The notes: a model not told the origin generated them from the letters alone. A stretch of DNA of 64,000 bases from Escherichia coli (GCF_003790525.1 NZ_CP033635.1); one strand, 5' to 3'; counted from the stretch's first letter, positions 1 through 11,924 are shown. Translations and numbers: made by a program.

Positions 1-1
1 A

Positions 2-142
2 GAGAGCTATGAAGATGAGATGTTCAGCATCAGATACTTTAAGAAGGGCTCCGCGCATATCACATTCAGAAAACCAGAACTGGTTGATCGGCTAAATGAC
101 ATCATTGCAAAGCGTTATCCGGGACAATTATCAGCCATCTGA
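2..142 (+). CDS. 3' end of an unidentified protein-coding gene (C-terminus ...FSIRYFKKGSAHITFRKPELVDRLNDIIAKRYPGQLSAI*); N-terminus lies outside the window
   Basis: Open frame running from the window edge to TGA at 140-142; followed by a hairpin and then ileX. Not recognised as the K-12 neighbour of ileX. Confidence 0.3.
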   Translation, partial: ESYEDEMFSIRYFKKGSAHITFRKPELVDRLNDIIAKRYPGQLSAI

Positions 143-190
143 GTCAGATGGAAAAAAGCTTACCTGACCCATTACCTGACCCAATTCAAA

Positions 191-235
191 GGAAAAAGAA
201 AAAGGGTTAGCTGGTTTATTAGCTAACCCTTTGTT
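191..235 (-). terminator. Rho-independent terminator downstream of ileX, probably bidirectional
   Basis: Perfect inverted repeat aagggttagct / agctaaccctt (202-231) with an 8-nt loop; on the minus strand it is followed by a T-rich run (plus-strand ggaaaaagaaa, 191-201). Confidence 0.55.
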
Positions 236-240
236 GTGTA

Positions 241-316
241 TGGTGGCCCCTGTTGGGTTTGAACCAACGACCAAGCGATTATGAGTCGCCTGCTCTAACC
301 ACTGAGCTAAGGGGCC
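241..316 (-). tRNA. ileX: tRNA-Ile2 (anticodon CAU, lysidine-type)
   Basis: Minus-strand sequence ggccccttagctcagtggttagagcaggcgactCATaatcgc...ggggccacca: 76 nt, cloverleaf-compatible, anticodon loop cuCAUaa, encoded 3' CCA. Position next to mug/rpoD matches ileX. Confidence 0.85.
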
Positions 317-440
317 ATGGTAGCGGATTATAAAGTAACTCCGTGTCGCAATCCAGCCATTACCGCGCGCCTGCTGTTTTTATAAACAATGTATTTTCAA
401 TCCGTTATACTTTTCCTGGTGATGTTAGAAAGGAGTAAAT

Positions 441-947
441 ATGGTTGAGGATATTTTGGCTCCAGGGTTACGGGTCGTGTTTTGCGGTATCAACCCTGGG
501 CTTTCATCCGCCGGGACTGGTTTTCCCTTTGCTCATCCGGCAAATCGCTTCTGGAAGGTGATATATCAGGCCGGGTTTACCGACCGTCAGTTGAAGCCGC
601 AGGAGGCACAGCATCTGCTGGATTATCGTTGTGGCGTCACCAAACTGGTAGACCGTCCAACGGTGCAAGCCAATGAAGTTTCAAAGCAGGAGCTGCACGC
701 AGGCGGGCGTAAGCTAATTGAAAAAATAGAAGATTATCAGCCGCAGGCGTTGGCGATTCTGGGCAAACAAGCATATGAACAGGGATTCAGCCAGCGCGGT
801 GCACAGTGGGGGAAACAAACGCTCACCATTGGTTCGACGCAGATTTGGGTGCTGCCAAATCCCAGCGGTTTAAGTCGCGTTTCACTGGAGAAACTGGTTG
901 AAGCGTATCGCGAGCTGGACCAGGCGCTGGTAGTGCGTGGCTTGTGA
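441..947 (+). CDS. mug: G/U mismatch-specific DNA glycosylase
   Basis: 168-aa [23 protein letters not shown]... recognised as Mug; AGGAG Shine-Dalgarno 7 nt upstream. Confidence 0.95.
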
Positions 948-1003
948 AGTACAGTGTAACGAAGTTATGAGCGGGCCAGGCACCGCTCCTCACCGCTACT
1001 GGC

Positions 1004-1567
1004 TTATTCTTCCGCCAAACGGTCTCTGACTACCATAAGCGCAAATCCCAGCAGATTTTTCCCCTTCCAGTGAGATGGCACACCGGCATGGGGATGATCT
1101 TTTGCAAGGCCAATCCCCCAGATTTTATCCACCGGGCTGGCTTCAACCAGAATGCGAGGCTGCGTATTCAGCAGGAATGTTTTTAATGCCGAATGTTGGC
1201 TAAATTTATGGTAGTTCCCTTCGCAGACCAGATCAAAGCAGCAAGCTTGCCAGCATTGCTCGTCAAAGTTTGTCACCTGTCGCCCCAGCTTTTTGGCTTC
1301 TGCCGGGGTCGCCGCCGCCAGAATTCTGGCAAGTGTTTTACTGTCATTAAACAGCCGCGCTTTTCCCGCCATCATCCAGTGTTCTGCGGTGGCATAGGTT
1401 ATACCATCATAGGTAAAAGGCGAACCCTGCCACCACTGGCTAAAGCAAGAGGCGGTAATTTCGTGATTCGCGGCAGGTTGATGGCCCCAGAACCACAGGT
1501 ATTTCACCTTTTTCCCGGCATCGAGAGCGGAAATAAGGGCGGGGAGAGAGTAGTATCCTTGCTGCAT
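1004..1567 (-). CDS. NADAR (DUF1768) / YbiA-like N-glycosidase family protein
   Basis: 187-aa ORF with NADAR-type motifs (TAEHWMMAGKARLF; DKIWGIGL...WKGKNLLGFALMVVRDRL) resembling YbiA; AGGA SD upstream of the ATG at 1567. Not present between rpoD and mug in K-12 as I recall. Confidence 0.8.
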   Translation of the reverse strand: MQQGYYSLPALISALDAGKKVKYLWFWGHQPAANHEITASCFSQWWQGSPFTYDGITYATAEHWMMAGKARLFNDSKTLARILAAATPAEAKKLGRQVTNFDEQCWQACCFDLVCEGNYHKFSQHSALKTFLLNTQPRILVEASPVDKIWGIGLAKDHPHAGVPSHWKGKNLLGFALMVVRDRLAEE

Positions 1568-1581
1568 TGCCAGATTTCCTT

Positions 1582-1612
1582 AAAAAAAAGCCCTCACGAT
1601 GGAGGGCTTATG
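1582..1612 (-). terminator. rpoD rho-independent terminator
   Basis: Minus strand reads agccctc-atcgt-gagggct followed by TTTTTTTT, immediately after the rpoD stop. Confidence 0.75.
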
Positions 1613-1625
1613 CACATCTTTACAA

Positions 1626-3467
1626 TTAATCGTCCAGGAAGCTACGCAGCACTTCAGAACGGCTCGGGTGACGCAGTTTGCGCAGCGCCTTCGCTTCGAT
1701 CTGACGGATACGTTCGCGGGTAACGTCGAACTGTTTACCCACTTCTTCCAGCGTGTGGTCGGTGTTCATATCGATACCGAAACGCATACGCAGAACTTTC
1801 GCTTCACGCGCGGTCAGGCCAGCCAGCACGTCGTGCGTTGCCGCACGCAGGCTTTCGGTGGTCGCAGAATCCAGCGGCAGCTCGAGGGTGGTATCCTCGA
1901 TGAAATCCCCCAGATGCGAATCTTCATCATCACCGATCGGCGTTTCCATGGAGATTGGCTCTTTGGCGATCTTCAGCACTTTGCGGATCTTGTCTTCCGG
2001 CATCAGCATACGTTCAGCCAGTTCTTCCGGCGTCGGTTCACGGCCCATCTCTTGCAGCATCTGGCGAGAAATACGGTTGAGTTTGTTGATAGTCTCAATC
2101 ATATGCACCGGAATACGGATGGTGCGCGCCTGATCCGCGATAGAACGGGTGATCGCCTGACGGATCCACCAGGTTGCGTAGGTGGAGAACTTGTAACCAC
2201 GGCGGTATTCGAATTTATCAACCGCTTTCATCAGGCCGATGTTACCTTCCTGAATCAGGTCAAGGAACTGCAAGCCACGGTTGGTGTATTTCTTGGCGAT
2301 AGAAATAACCAGACGTAAGTTCGCTTCAACCATCTCTTTCTTCGCACGGCGGGCTTTTGCTTCACCGATGGACATACGACGGTTGATATCTTTAACCTGC
2401 TCGATGGTCAGGCCGGTTTCTTCTTCAATCTGCTGCAGTTTCTGCAGGGCGCGATGCACTTCTTCAGAGACATCGTGCAGTTTTTCCGACCACGGCTTGT
2501 TCATCGCAATTGCCGCGTTGAACCAGGTATCGCTGGTTTCGTTGCCGGTAAACAGGGTAATGAAGTTTTTCTTCGGCATTTTGCACTGCTCAACGCAGAG
2601 CTTCATGATCAGACGTTCTTGCGTACGAACGCGGTCCATCATGACGCGCATGCTGTTGACCAGGTAGTCAAACTGCTTCGGCACCAGGCGGAACTGTTTA
2701 AATACTTCAGACAGTTTCAGGATCTCTTCCTGAGCAGCAGCGTGACTGCGACCTTTCGCTTTGATGGTGTCACGCGTTACAACGTACTGAGCGCGCAGTT
2801 CCGCAAATTTTTCGCGAGCCAGTTCCGGGTCGATGCTGTTGTCATCATCGGCGCTGTCGTCATCGCCATCTTCTTCGTCTTCATCTTCGTCATCGTCCAG
2901 ATCTTCCTGGGAAAGCTCAGAACCGACGTGAGTGGCGGTAGGTGCCAGATCTTCTTCTGCGTTCGGGTCAACAAAGCCGGTGATCAGATCGGACAGACGC
3001 GCTTCTTCTGCTTCAACACGATCGTACTGTTCCAGCAGATAGGTGATCGCTTCCGGATATTCAGCAACGGAGCATTGAACCTGGTTGATCCCGTCTTCAA
3101 TACGCTTAGCGATGTCAATTTCGCCTTCGCGGGTCAACAGTTCAACGGTGCCCATTTCACGCATGTACATGCGTACCGGGTCAGTCGTGCGCCCGATTTC
3201 AGATTCCACGCTGGAAAGCACCTGCGCGGCGGCTTCGGCAGCATCTTCGTCCGCGGTGTTTTCAGCCAGCATCAGATCATCGGCATCCGGTGCTTCTTCC
3301 ATCACCTGAATGCCCATGTCGTTGATCATTTGGATGATGTCTTCGATCTGATCTGAATCGACGATATCTTCCGGCAGATGGTCATTGACCTCGGCATAGG
3401 TCAGATAGCCTTGCTCCTTACCACGGGTGACAAGAAGTTTCAGCTGTGACTGCGGGTTTTGCTCCAT
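1626..3467 (-). CDS. rpoD: RNA polymerase sigma-70 factor
   Basis: 613-aa ORF, full-length match to E. coli RpoD (acidic region [14 protein letters not shown]; regions 2-4). Confidence 0.98.
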   Translation of the reverse strand: MEQNPQSQLKLLVTRGKEQGYLTYAEVNDHLPEDIVDSDQIEDIIQMINDMGIQVMEEAPDADDLMLAENTADEDAAEAAAQVLSSVESEIGRTTDPVRMYMREMGTVELLTREGEIDIAKRIEDGINQVQCSVAEYPEAITYLLEQYDRVEAEEARLSDLITGFVDPNAEEDLAPTATHVGSELSQEDLDDDEDEDEEDGDDDSADDDNSIDPELAREKFAELRAQYVVTRDTIKAKGRSHAAAQEEILKLSEVFKQFRLVPKQFDYLVNSMRVMMDRVRTQERLIMKLCVEQCKMPKKNFITLFTGNETSDTWFNAAIAMNKPWSEKLHDVSEEVHRALQKLQQIEEETGLTIEQVKDINRRMSIGEAKARRAKKEMVEANLRLVISIAKKYTNRGLQFLDLIQEGNIGLMKAVDKFEYRRGYKFSTYATWWIRQAITRSIADQARTIRIPVHMIETINKLNRISRQMLQEMGREPTPEELAERMLMPEDKIRKVLKIAKEPISMETPIGDDEDSHLGDFIEDTTLELPLDSATTESLRAATHDVLAGLTAREAKVLRMRFGIDMNTDHTLEEVGKQFDVTRERIRQIEAKALRKLRHPSRSEVLRSFLDD

Positions 3468-3661
3468 AAGACGGTATCCACACTTATTTCATGAGGTTGG
3501 TGTTGGGCGATTGACCCGATGTCCTTCAGCTGTTAACGCTGAAATCCAACGGTTGTTTACCGCCAACGATAATTACGAGGGCGTACTTATATATTTGCCG
3601 CTGCCTCTCAGTGCGGCTGTCGGGGGCTTCCCGATCGCTCTTCGGCACTTAAGCCGTTAAA

Positions 3662-5407
3662 TCACTTTTTCGCCAGCTCCTGGTTTAATGTCCAGAGCTC
3701 CAGGCGTTCTTCGTTGCTTAAACCATGCGTGCGCTCACGAGCGATTAACTCTTCCTGGCGCAGTTCAAGCAGCGAATCAAACATATGGTTGAGTGAGTCG
3801 GTGAAGGTTTGCTCAGCAATATTCTTATCTGCTATATCGTCCCACATCGACAGTTTTTCAAGGGTGGCAGCATTATTTGTACCACGATAGTGCTCTAAAA
3901 GTTGCCCGGTGGTCAGACCTGGCTGGGAGAGACAAGTGTTGACCAGTTCTCTGAATAAGCCAAGTCCAGGGAGCTTATTTTCATCCAGATTCTCAAGCGG
4001 CGGGACCAACGTCGCTAATTCTGGATTTTGCACCAGCAACCCTATAAGTATACGCATGGTCGTGCGTTTTAGCTGCGGAACAGGGCGAGAAACGCCGCTC
4101 TCTGCCGCTTTTGGCATTAATCGTTCAAGCTGGCTGTCATCAAGTATGCCTAATTTGTTGCCTAATTCCTGACGAAGATATATTCGCAGCGTTTCGCCCG
4201 GCACTTGCGATATCAATGGCAGTGCCAGCGTACTCAAACGTGCGCGCCCGTCAGGGGTACTCAGATCAACTTGCGGCATCAGACTGTTAAACAGAAATGC
4301 GGAGAGTGGCATCGCCTGCTCCATCCGCGCTTCAAACGCTTCTTTACCTTCTTTTCGTACCAGCGTGTCAGGGTCTTCGCCATCAGGCAAAAACATAAAG
4401 CGTAGCTGACGACCGTCTGTCATGTAAGGCAGCGCCGTTTCCAGCGCTCGCCAGGCGGCATCGCGGCCTGCACGGTCGCCGTCATAACAGCAAATGACAT
4501 TGTTGGTCGCGCGGAACAACAGTTGTATGTGATCGGCAGTGGTTGACGTACCTAACGACGCAACGGCGTAATTAATGCCGTATTGCGCCAGCGCCACCAC
4601 GTCCATATAGCCTTCGACCACAAGCAGACGATTGGGTTCAGCGTTATCCTGCTGCGCTTCATAAAGACCGTAAAGCTGGCGGCCTTTATGGAAAATGTCC
4701 GTTTCCGGCGAGTTCAGGTATTTGGGGGTATCGTTGCCCAGCACGCGTCCGCCAAAACCAATCACCCGACCGCGTTTATCACGAATGGGGAACATCACCC
4801 GCTCGCGGAAACGGTCGTAACTGCGCCCCTGATCGTTAGTGACCAACATGCCCGCATCAATCAATGACTGGCGATTTTCTGGATTGCCGCCAAACCGCTT
4901 CAGGACGTTGTCCCAGCCAGGGGGGGCAAAACCAATCGCAAAGCGGGCGATAACCTCGTGGCTTAATCCGCGTTTTTCCAGATACTGGCGCGCAGACGTG
5001 GCAACAGGTTGCTGTAAAGATTGTTGGTAAAACGTATTCAGACCGTCCATCAACTGATAAAGCGTTTGTCGTTGATGGCGCTCGATCTGGCTGGGGCCGC
5101 TACCTGCTTCAAATGGCACTTCAAGATTGTGCATTGCTGCCAGCTCTTCGACCGTTTCGACGAACTCAAGCTTGTCGTAGTTCATCAGGAAGTCGATCGC
5201 GTTGCCGTGCGCGCCACATCCAAAGCAGTGGTAAAACTGTTTCTCACCGTTAACGGTGAATGATGGGGTTTTCTCGTTGTGGAATGGACAACACGCGTGG
5301 AAATTCTTGCCCTGCTTTTTCAGCTTCACACGGGCATCGATCAGATCGACGATGTCAGTGCGTGCCAGCAGATCATTAATGAATACGCGTGGGATTCGTC
5401 CAGCCAT
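3662..5407 (-). CDS. dnaG: DNA primase
   Basis: 581-aa ORF with the zinc-ribbon CCPFHNEKTPSF...CFGCGAHG and a TOPRIM domain; sits in the rpsU-dnaG-rpoD operon. Confidence 0.97.
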   Translation of the reverse strand: MAGRIPRVFINDLLARTDIVDLIDARVKLKKQGKNFHACCPFHNEKTPSFTVNGEKQFYHCFGCGAHGNAIDFLMNYDKLEFVETVEELAAMHNLEVPFEAGSGPSQIERHQRQTLYQLMDGLNTFYQQSLQQPVATSARQYLEKRGLSHEVIARFAIGFAPPGWDNVLKRFGGNPENRQSLIDAGMLVTNDQGRSYDRFRERVMFPIRDKRGRVIGFGGRVLGNDTPKYLNSPETDIFHKGRQLYGLYEAQQDNAEPNRLLVVEGYMDVVALAQYGINYAVASLGTSTTADHIQLLFRATNNVICCYDGDRAGRDAAWRALETALPYMTDGRQLRFMFLPDGEDPDTLVRKEGKEAFEARMEQAMPLSAFLFNSLMPQVDLSTPDGRARLSTLALPLISQVPGETLRIYLRQELGNKLGILDDSQLERLMPKAAESGVSRPVPQLKRTTMRILIGLLVQNPELATLVPPLENLDENKLPGLGLFRELVNTCLSQPGLTTGQLLEHYRGTNNAATLEKLSMWDDIADKNIAEQTFTDSLNHMFDSLLELRQEELIARERTHGLSNEERLELWTLNQELAKK

Positions 5408-5517
5408 AGGCCCCGATTTTTAGCAATTCATAAACGAAAATAAGCCGCGCATTCCTTTCGGAAGCACGGCCTTACAACTACAACTCGGTCTGATCGGAGA
5501 GCAACGCTCTCGGGGAA

Positions 5518-5772
<255 letters not shown>

Positions 5773-5970
5773 TCAACGCCAGCTTATTTCAAAATGGTGC
5801 GGAATTTTACTGCAATTGCTGCTGCTTTGTAAAGCACCGCGGCCTTTTTTGAAAGGGACTTTTATAAGGGTGAGGAGTATACACGAGGCTTTCTCCAGGG
5901 GCGAACAAAGTTTTACATCAACCCGCATTGGTCCTACACTGCGCGGTAATAAAGCGAGGTAAAACAAGTC

Positions 5971-6984
5971 ATGCGTGTACTGGGTATTGAAACTTCCTGC
6001 GATGAAACCGGCATCGCCATTTACGACGATGAAAAAGGTTTGTTAGCCAACCAATTGTATAGTCAGGTGAAATTGCACGCTGACTACGGCGGCGTCGTGC
6101 CTGAACTGGCCTCCCGCGATCACGTGCGTAAAACCGTACCGTTGATCCAGGAGGCGCTGAAAGAGTCTGGTTTAACGGCAAAAGACATTGATGCTGTGGC
6201 CTATACCGCAGGCCCAGGATTAGTCGGCGCACTGCTGGTTGGCGCGACCGTGGGGCGTTCTCTGGCGTTTGCCTGGGACGTTCCGGCAATCCCGGTACAC
6301 CATATGGAAGGGCATCTGTTAGCGCCGATGCTGGAAGATAACCCACCGGCATTTCCGTTTGTGGCGCTGCTGGTTTCCGGCGGTCATACGCAGTTAATCA
6401 GCGTGACTGGCATTGGTCAGTACGAGCTGCTTGGCGAGTCTATCGATGATGCTGCTGGTGAAGCGTTTGATAAAACCGCGAAGCTGCTGGGGCTGGATTA
6501 TCCTGGCGGGCCATTACTGTCGAAAATGGCGGCTCAGGGTACTGCCGGGCGCTTTGTCTTCCCGCGCCCGATGACCGACCGTCCGGGGCTGGATTTCAGC
6601 TTTTCTGGTCTGAAAACCTTCGCGGCGAACACGATTCGTGACAACGGCACCGACGACCAGACGCGTGCTGATATCGCCCGCGCCTTTGAAGATGCGGTGG
6701 TCGATACGTTGATGATTAAGTGTAAGCGAGCACTGGATCAGACGGGCTTTAAGCGACTGGTAATGGCAGGCGGCGTGAGTGCTAACCGCACGTTACGGGC
6801 GAAGCTGGCTGAAATGATGAAAAAACGCCGTGGCGAAGTGTTCTACGCGCGTCCGGAATTTTGTACTGATAACGGCGCGATGATCGCCTATGCCGGAATG
6901 GTGCGGTTTAAAGCAGGCGCGACGGCGGATCTCGGCGTTAGCGTGCGTCCGCGCTGGCCGCTGGCAGAGTTACCGGCCGCGTAA
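5971..6984 (+). CDS. tsaD: tRNA N6-adenosine threonylcarbamoyltransferase (t6A synthesis)
   Basis: 337-aa [23 protein letters not shown]...; divergent from rpsU as in E. coli. Confidence 0.95.
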   Translation: MRVLGIETSCDETGIAIYDDEKGLLANQLYSQVKLHADYGGVVPELASRDHVRKTVPLIQEALKESGLTAKDIDAVAYTAGPGLVGALLVGATVGRSLAFAWDVPAIPVHHMEGHLLAPMLEDNPPAFPFVALLVSGGHTQLISVTGIGQYELLGESIDDAAGEAFDKTAKLLGLDYPGGPLLSKMAAQGTAGRFVFPRPMTDRPGLDFSFSGLKTFAANTIRDNGTDDQTRADIARAFEDAVVDTLMIKCKRALDQTGFKRLVMAGGVSANRTLRAKLAEMMKKRRGEVFYARPEFCTDNGAMIAYAGMVRFKAGATADLGVSVRPRWPLAELPAA

Positions 6985-7026
6985 AACTATTAGGTGCCGG
7001 AGAGTCACTTCCGGCACCGTCCTCAC

Positions 7027-8490
7027 TTAAAGCAACACCACGGGCATCCACAGTAAGCCGGTAATCACCAGCAATACGAGGAATATCAGCCCAAAAATTG
7101 CCCCCAGTCGCCAGTAATCCACCGTTGGCAGATAACCACTACCGTAGTAAATCGGGCTGGGTCCGGTGGCGTATGGCGTAAGAATGCTCCCCAGACCAAT
7201 TGCCGCGCCAACCATCAGGCAGAATACCGGCAGCGGGATTTCCGGCATCGCCAGCGCGGCGGCAATCATCATCGGCGCGAGAGCGGAGGTATACGCCGTG
7301 GCGCTGGCGAAAAAGTAGCGCAGTAGATAAAACACCACAATCAACGCCACCATCACTATCGTTGGCGAATAACCGCTTAAGCTGCCTGCTAACAGTTTGC
7401 CAAACCAGCTAATAAAACCGGTGTTGTTGAGTCCGGTAGCGAGGGTGATAAGCGAGGCCAGCCAGAAGAAAACGTTCCACGCGGCTTTATTACTGACAAT
7501 GTCGTCCCAACTGATAATGCGCAGAAGCAGCATCAGCGCCACCACGCTGTAACCGACCATCGCGGCATCGATATAATCACCGCCGAAAATCCACAGCACC
7601 AGCGCGCCTACCATCAGCCCCAGCATCCGTTTTTCACGCGAACAGAGCGGGCCCATTGCCTGCAGTTCCGTCTCTGCCCAGCGCGGCACCTGATCACCAG
7701 ACTTCAGTACCGGCGGGTACAGCACGTAAGCCAGCCAGGGAACCAGCAGAACCAGTAAAATACTGAGCGGCAACATCCCGAGGAACCAGTCGCCCCAACT
7801 CAGTGTGGCGTGAGATGCGCTTTTCATCAGGCCAATTAACAGCAAGTTAGGTGCCATCGCCGTCAGGAAAATGGCGCTGGTCACGCAGTCGGCAACAATC
7901 CCCATCCACATGATGTACGAGCCAATGCTGCGCGAACTGCTGTCGTTTGGTTGTGATTGATAGAGCGGTGGCAGGTTACGGATGATGGGATAGATAATCC
8001 CCGCACCACGCGCCGAGTTGGACGGTGTTACAGGTGCCAGGATAAGCTCGGAGAACATCACCGCATAGCCGAGAAACAGCGTGCGATGCCCCATCTTTTT
8101 CACCAGAATCAGCGCGATACGTCGCCCCAGCCCGGTTTTTTCATAGCCTGTGCCAAACATAAAGGCGGCGAAAATCAGCCAGATAACCGAATTAGAAAAA
8201 CCAGAAACCGCCCAGGAGAGGGATTTGGCGGTGAACTTAAAACCTGGCTGGGCGAGCTGCTCCGGGCTGAACAGCAGCCAGGGAGAGAGAATGGCGATAA
8301 TGGAGATACCCACCATCGCCACCACGGCACCCGGCACGGGTTCGAGGATCAGTCCAACGATCACGCCAGTAAAAACAGCAAAGTAGAGCCAGGTATGACT
8401 CTCCAGCCCTGCGGGAACCGGAATTAGAGCAATAATGGCGATGACCGCCAGCGGCGCAAGGTATCGCCACCATTCAGTGGAAGGTTTCAT
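7027..8490 (-). CDS. ttdT: L-tartrate/succinate antiporter
   Basis: 487-aa polytopic membrane protein (DASS family) immediately downstream of ttdAB. Confidence 0.9.
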   Translation of the reverse strand: MKPSTEWWRYLAPLAVIAIIALIPVPAGLESHTWLYFAVFTGVIVGLILEPVPGAVVAMVGISIIAILSPWLLFSPEQLAQPGFKFTAKSLSWAVSGFSNSVIWLIFAAFMFGTGYEKTGLGRRIALILVKKMGHRTLFLGYAVMFSELILAPVTPSNSARGAGIIYPIIRNLPPLYQSQPNDSSSRSIGSYIMWMGIVADCVTSAIFLTAMAPNLLLIGLMKSASHATLSWGDWFLGMLPLSILLVLLVPWLAYVLYPPVLKSGDQVPRWAETELQAMGPLCSREKRMLGLMVGALVLWIFGGDYIDAAMVGYSVVALMLLLRIISWDDIVSNKAAWNVFFWLASLITLATGLNNTGFISWFGKLLAGSLSGYSPTIVMVALIVVFYLLRYFFASATAYTSALAPMMIAAALAMPEIPLPVFCLMVGAAIGLGSILTPYATGPSPIYYGSGYLPTVDYWRLGAIFGLIFLVLLVITGLLWMPVVLL

Positions 8491-8537
8491 CGTGTTATGC
8501 CTGCGAAAAAGGAGAGGGGCGAGCCTCTCCGGGAGGG

Positions 8538-9143
8538 TTATTTGATGTAATGGACGTGCTCGCAGATCTCTTCCACGATGGGATCGCGGCGTTCGGCGAA
8601 CAGCTTTTTGTTTTCGGCTATCAGGTTGTTGCCGTGGGTATCAATAGAGACAATCAGCGGGCCGAACTCTTTGACCCGGCAGACCCACAGTGACTCCGGC
8701 ATCCCGAGTTCTGTCCAGTGCACTTCTTCAATCTCTTCCACCTGGGTTGCCGCCAGTACTGCGCAGCCTGCCGGGAAAATCACATGTAGCGCCTTGAATT
8801 TCTGGCAGCCTTCTTCGGTCAGCGGCCCCATTCCGCCTTTGCCGACCACCAGTTTCACGCCGGTCTGTTCGATAAATTCACGTTCAAAACTTTCCATACG
8901 CATACTGGTTGTCGGGCCGACGGATACCATCTCCCATTTGTCGCCGTTTTTGCGCACGATGGGGCCAGCGTGGAAAATCGCTTTGCCGTTGAGATCGTAA
9001 GGGATCGGACGTTTGAGTTCGATCAAGCGACGGTGACAAACGTCACGGCAGGTCACCAGCGTACCGGTCAGGTAGATCACATCGCCGACGCGAATATCTT
9101 GCAGATCTTCAGCTTTGATCGGGGTTGTCAGGATCTTTTTCAT
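8538..9143 (-). CDS. ttdB: L(+)-tartrate dehydratase beta subunit
   Basis: 201-aa ORF; its start overlaps the ttdA stop (ATGA at 9140-9143). Confidence 0.9.
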
Positions 9144-10051
9144 AACGCGCTCCGGGTGTGAGACAGATTTTCAAAGGTGAGATCGGCATGAACCAGCAGT
9201 GTGCCGCGACGATGCGCCCAGCAGCCTGTAGAAACAGCAACGCCGATGGTTGACGGATGGCGGGCGGCAGATTCGATATGTACGCCCATCACTGAACTGT
9301 TGCCAGTCAGCCCTTGTGGACCAATCCCCAGACGGTTGAGTCCTTCTTCCAGGCGTAGCTCCAGCTCTGCCGCTTTCGGATTGGGGTGGCGGCTGCCAAT
9401 CGGGCGCAAAATGGCTTTACGCGAGAGCACGGCGGCGGTTTCCACCGAGGTAGCGATGCCAACGCCCACAAGTACCGGCGGACAGGCGTTTACGGCGAGG
9501 GTGGAGATATTTTCGAAGACGAATTTCACTACGCCTTCGTAGCCTTCTGACGGCATTAACACTTTCGAGCGGCCTGGTAGCGTGCAGCCGCCGCCTGCCA
9601 TGTAAACTTCGATTTCCGCATCGTCATTGTCGGGGATGATGTCCCAGGTGACCCACGGTACACCGCTGCCGGTATTTTTGCCGGTGTTTACTTCGTCAAA
9701 AATTTCTACCGCATTGTGACGCAGTGGCGCTTTGACGGTTGCCTCTTCCACGGCTTGTTTGAGTATGCTTTGCAGCTCGCCAAGCAGTGGGAAACGGGAA
9801 CCGACCTTAACAAAAAACATGATTTCGCCGGTGTCCTGACAGGCAGGACGATTCAGGTCGATCGCTTTTTGCATGTTATCGAACATCGTGTGGTAGATGA
9901 TTTTCCCCATCGACGATGTTTCGGCATCCTTTAGCTGTTTTAGTTTGTCCACCACGTCATCGGGCATTCGGGTAGAAATCATGGCGGTAAAGTTAGCGAC
10001 AATCTCCGTCAACTTATTCACTGCCTGTTGCTTATTACTTTCGCTCATCAT
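9140..10051 (-). CDS. ttdA: L(+)-tartrate dehydratase alpha subunit
   Basis: 303-aa ORF of the fumarate-hydratase class I / tartrate-dehydratase alpha family. Confidence 0.9.
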
Positions 10052-10257
10052 GGCAACTCCAGTTTATGTATTTGTCTGGAAAAATTCACCGCCACAAACT
10101 ACCACTAAAAATGTGGTTTTATATTTTTTGCTGCCGTGAATATGTAATTCACAGTTCGTGAATCAACGCGAAAATAAGAATGAATATTGCGCCAGAGCAG
10201 GGAATGGCAATGTTTTACGAAATACACTGCGCTTATCACAACTGCGGATAATTAACG

Positions 10258-11190
10258 ATGCTGAATAGCTGGCCTTTAGCCAAAGATTTGCAGGTACTGG
10301 TAGAAATCGTCCACAGCGGGAGTTTTAGCGCCGCAGCGGCGACGCTTGGGCAGACGCCTGCATTTGTCACCAAGCGGATCCAAATCCTTGAAAATACGCT
10401 GGCAACAACGCTGCTGAACCGCTCCGCTCGCGGCGTGGCGCTGACTGAAAGTGGCCAACGTTGTTACGAGCATGCGCTGGAAATCCTCACCCAATATCAG
10501 CGACTGGTCGATGACGTCACGCAAATCAAAACGCGCCCGGAGGGGATGATTCGTATTGGTTGCAGTTTTGGTTTTGGGCGCAGCCATATTGCGCCAGCCA
10601 TTACCGAACTGATGCGCAATTATCCTGAGTTACAGGTGCATTTTGAATTGTTCGATCGGCAAATTGATTTAGTGCAGGATAATATTGATCTGGATATTCG
10701 TATTAATGACGAAATTCCTGATTATTATATTGCGCATCTGTTAACGAAAAATAAAAGAATATTATGCGCAGCACCTGAGTATCTGCAAAAATATCCGCAG
10801 CCACAATCCTTACAGGAATTAAGTCGTCATGATTGTCTGGTGACCAAAGAGCGCGATATGACCCACGGAATATGGGAGTTGGGGAACGGTCAGGAGAAAA
10901 AATCGGTGAAGGTAAGCGGGCATCTTTCCTCCAATAGCGGCGAGATAGTGTTGCAATGGGCGCTGGAGGGCAAAGGGATTATGTTGCGTTCCGAGTGGGA
11001 TGTGTTGCCGTTTCTGGAGAGTGGCAAACTGGTGCGAGTATTGCCGGAGTATGCACAAAGCGCCAATATCTGGGCTGTTTACCGGGAGCCGCTCTATCGC
11101 AGCATGAAATTACGTGTCTGCGTGGAATTTCTGGCGGCATGGTGCCAGCAACGGCTGGGCAAGCCCGACGAAGGCTATCAGGTCATGTAA
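10258..11190 (+). CDS. ttdR: LysR-family transcriptional activator of ttdAB
   Basis: 310-aa ORF with an N-terminal LysR HTH; divergent from ttdA. Confidence 0.85.
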   Translation: MLNSWPLAKDLQVLVEIVHSGSFSAAAATLGQTPAFVTKRIQILENTLATTLLNRSARGVALTESGQRCYEHALEILTQYQRLVDDVTQIKTRPEGMIRIGCSFGFGRSHIAPAITELMRNYPELQVHFELFDRQIDLVQDNIDLDIRINDEIPDYYIAHLLTKNKRILCAAPEYLQKYPQPQSLQELSRHDCLVTKERDMTHGIWELGNGQEKKSVKVSGHLSSNSGEIVLQWALEGKGIMLRSEWDVLPFLESGKLVRVLPEYAQSANIWAVYREPLYRSMKLRVCVEFLAAWCQQRLGKPDEGYQVM

Positions 11191-11202
11191 ATCCACCAGA
11201 AA

Positions 11203-11820
11203 TCACTCGGGATCCTTTTCGCGCTTTCTTTTGAATTTCGTCCAGATTTTTGTCTCCTGACGACGCCACAGACGCTGGATGTTGTCATGATGACGCAGCA
11301 GGATCAGGCAAGAGAGCATCGAAACCGGGAAGGTGAATTGTGGCTTAAACCACCAGACATAAAACGGAGCAATCAGTGCACTGACAATCGCTCCCAGCGA
11401 CGAATATCCGCTCAATAGCACGGTCAGTAACCAGGTTCCCGCCATTACTCCGGTGAGATCCCAGCCAATTGGTGCGATGGCACCAAAAGCGGTAGCAACG
11501 CCTTTTCCTCCTTTAAAACCGAAGAAAACGGGCCAGATGTGTCCAAGACAGGCGGCGATGGCAATTAAGCCTAGCCAGAAGGGGCTGACACCTAATTCAT
11601 ACGCGCCCCAGACAGGCAACATTCCTTTCAGAACGTCGAAAATCAGTACTGCTACGGCTGCTCCCTTGCCACCGATACGTAACACATTGGTTGCGCCTGG
11701 ATTGCCGGAGCCGCTGGTTCGCGGATCGGGCAACCCACACAAGCGGCAAACCAGAATGGCACTGGAAATGGAGCCGCAGAGGTACGCGATGAGGATCATT
11801 CCAGGCGCGATTGCACTCAT
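11203..11820 (-). CDS. plsY: Glycerol-3-phosphate acyltransferase (acyl-phosphate dependent)
   Basis: 205-aa membrane protein [45 protein letters not shown]... Confidence 0.9.
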
Positions 11821-11924
11821 AAGCTGTTCCGTTTTGAAAATTCGTGTTCAACGATGAATCTGTGGATAATACGCACATTTCGCCGGAAGTGGTATCCGGT
11901 TAGCCAAAAAGCAGGCAGGACGTG

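Noticed and set aside
1193-3356. Plus-strand ORFs antisense to rpoD and the NADAR gene (1193-1723, 1599-2318, 2454-3356 and others)
   Set aside because: Antisense shadows of highly expressed, well-identified genes with no SD and no recognisable fold.
3700-3780. Attempt to locate the sigma-32 heat-shock promoter of rpoD inside the dnaG 3' end
   Set aside because: A CTTGAA -35-like hexamer is present (minus strand, 3769-3764) but I could not find a convincing CCCCATnT -10 at the right spacing.
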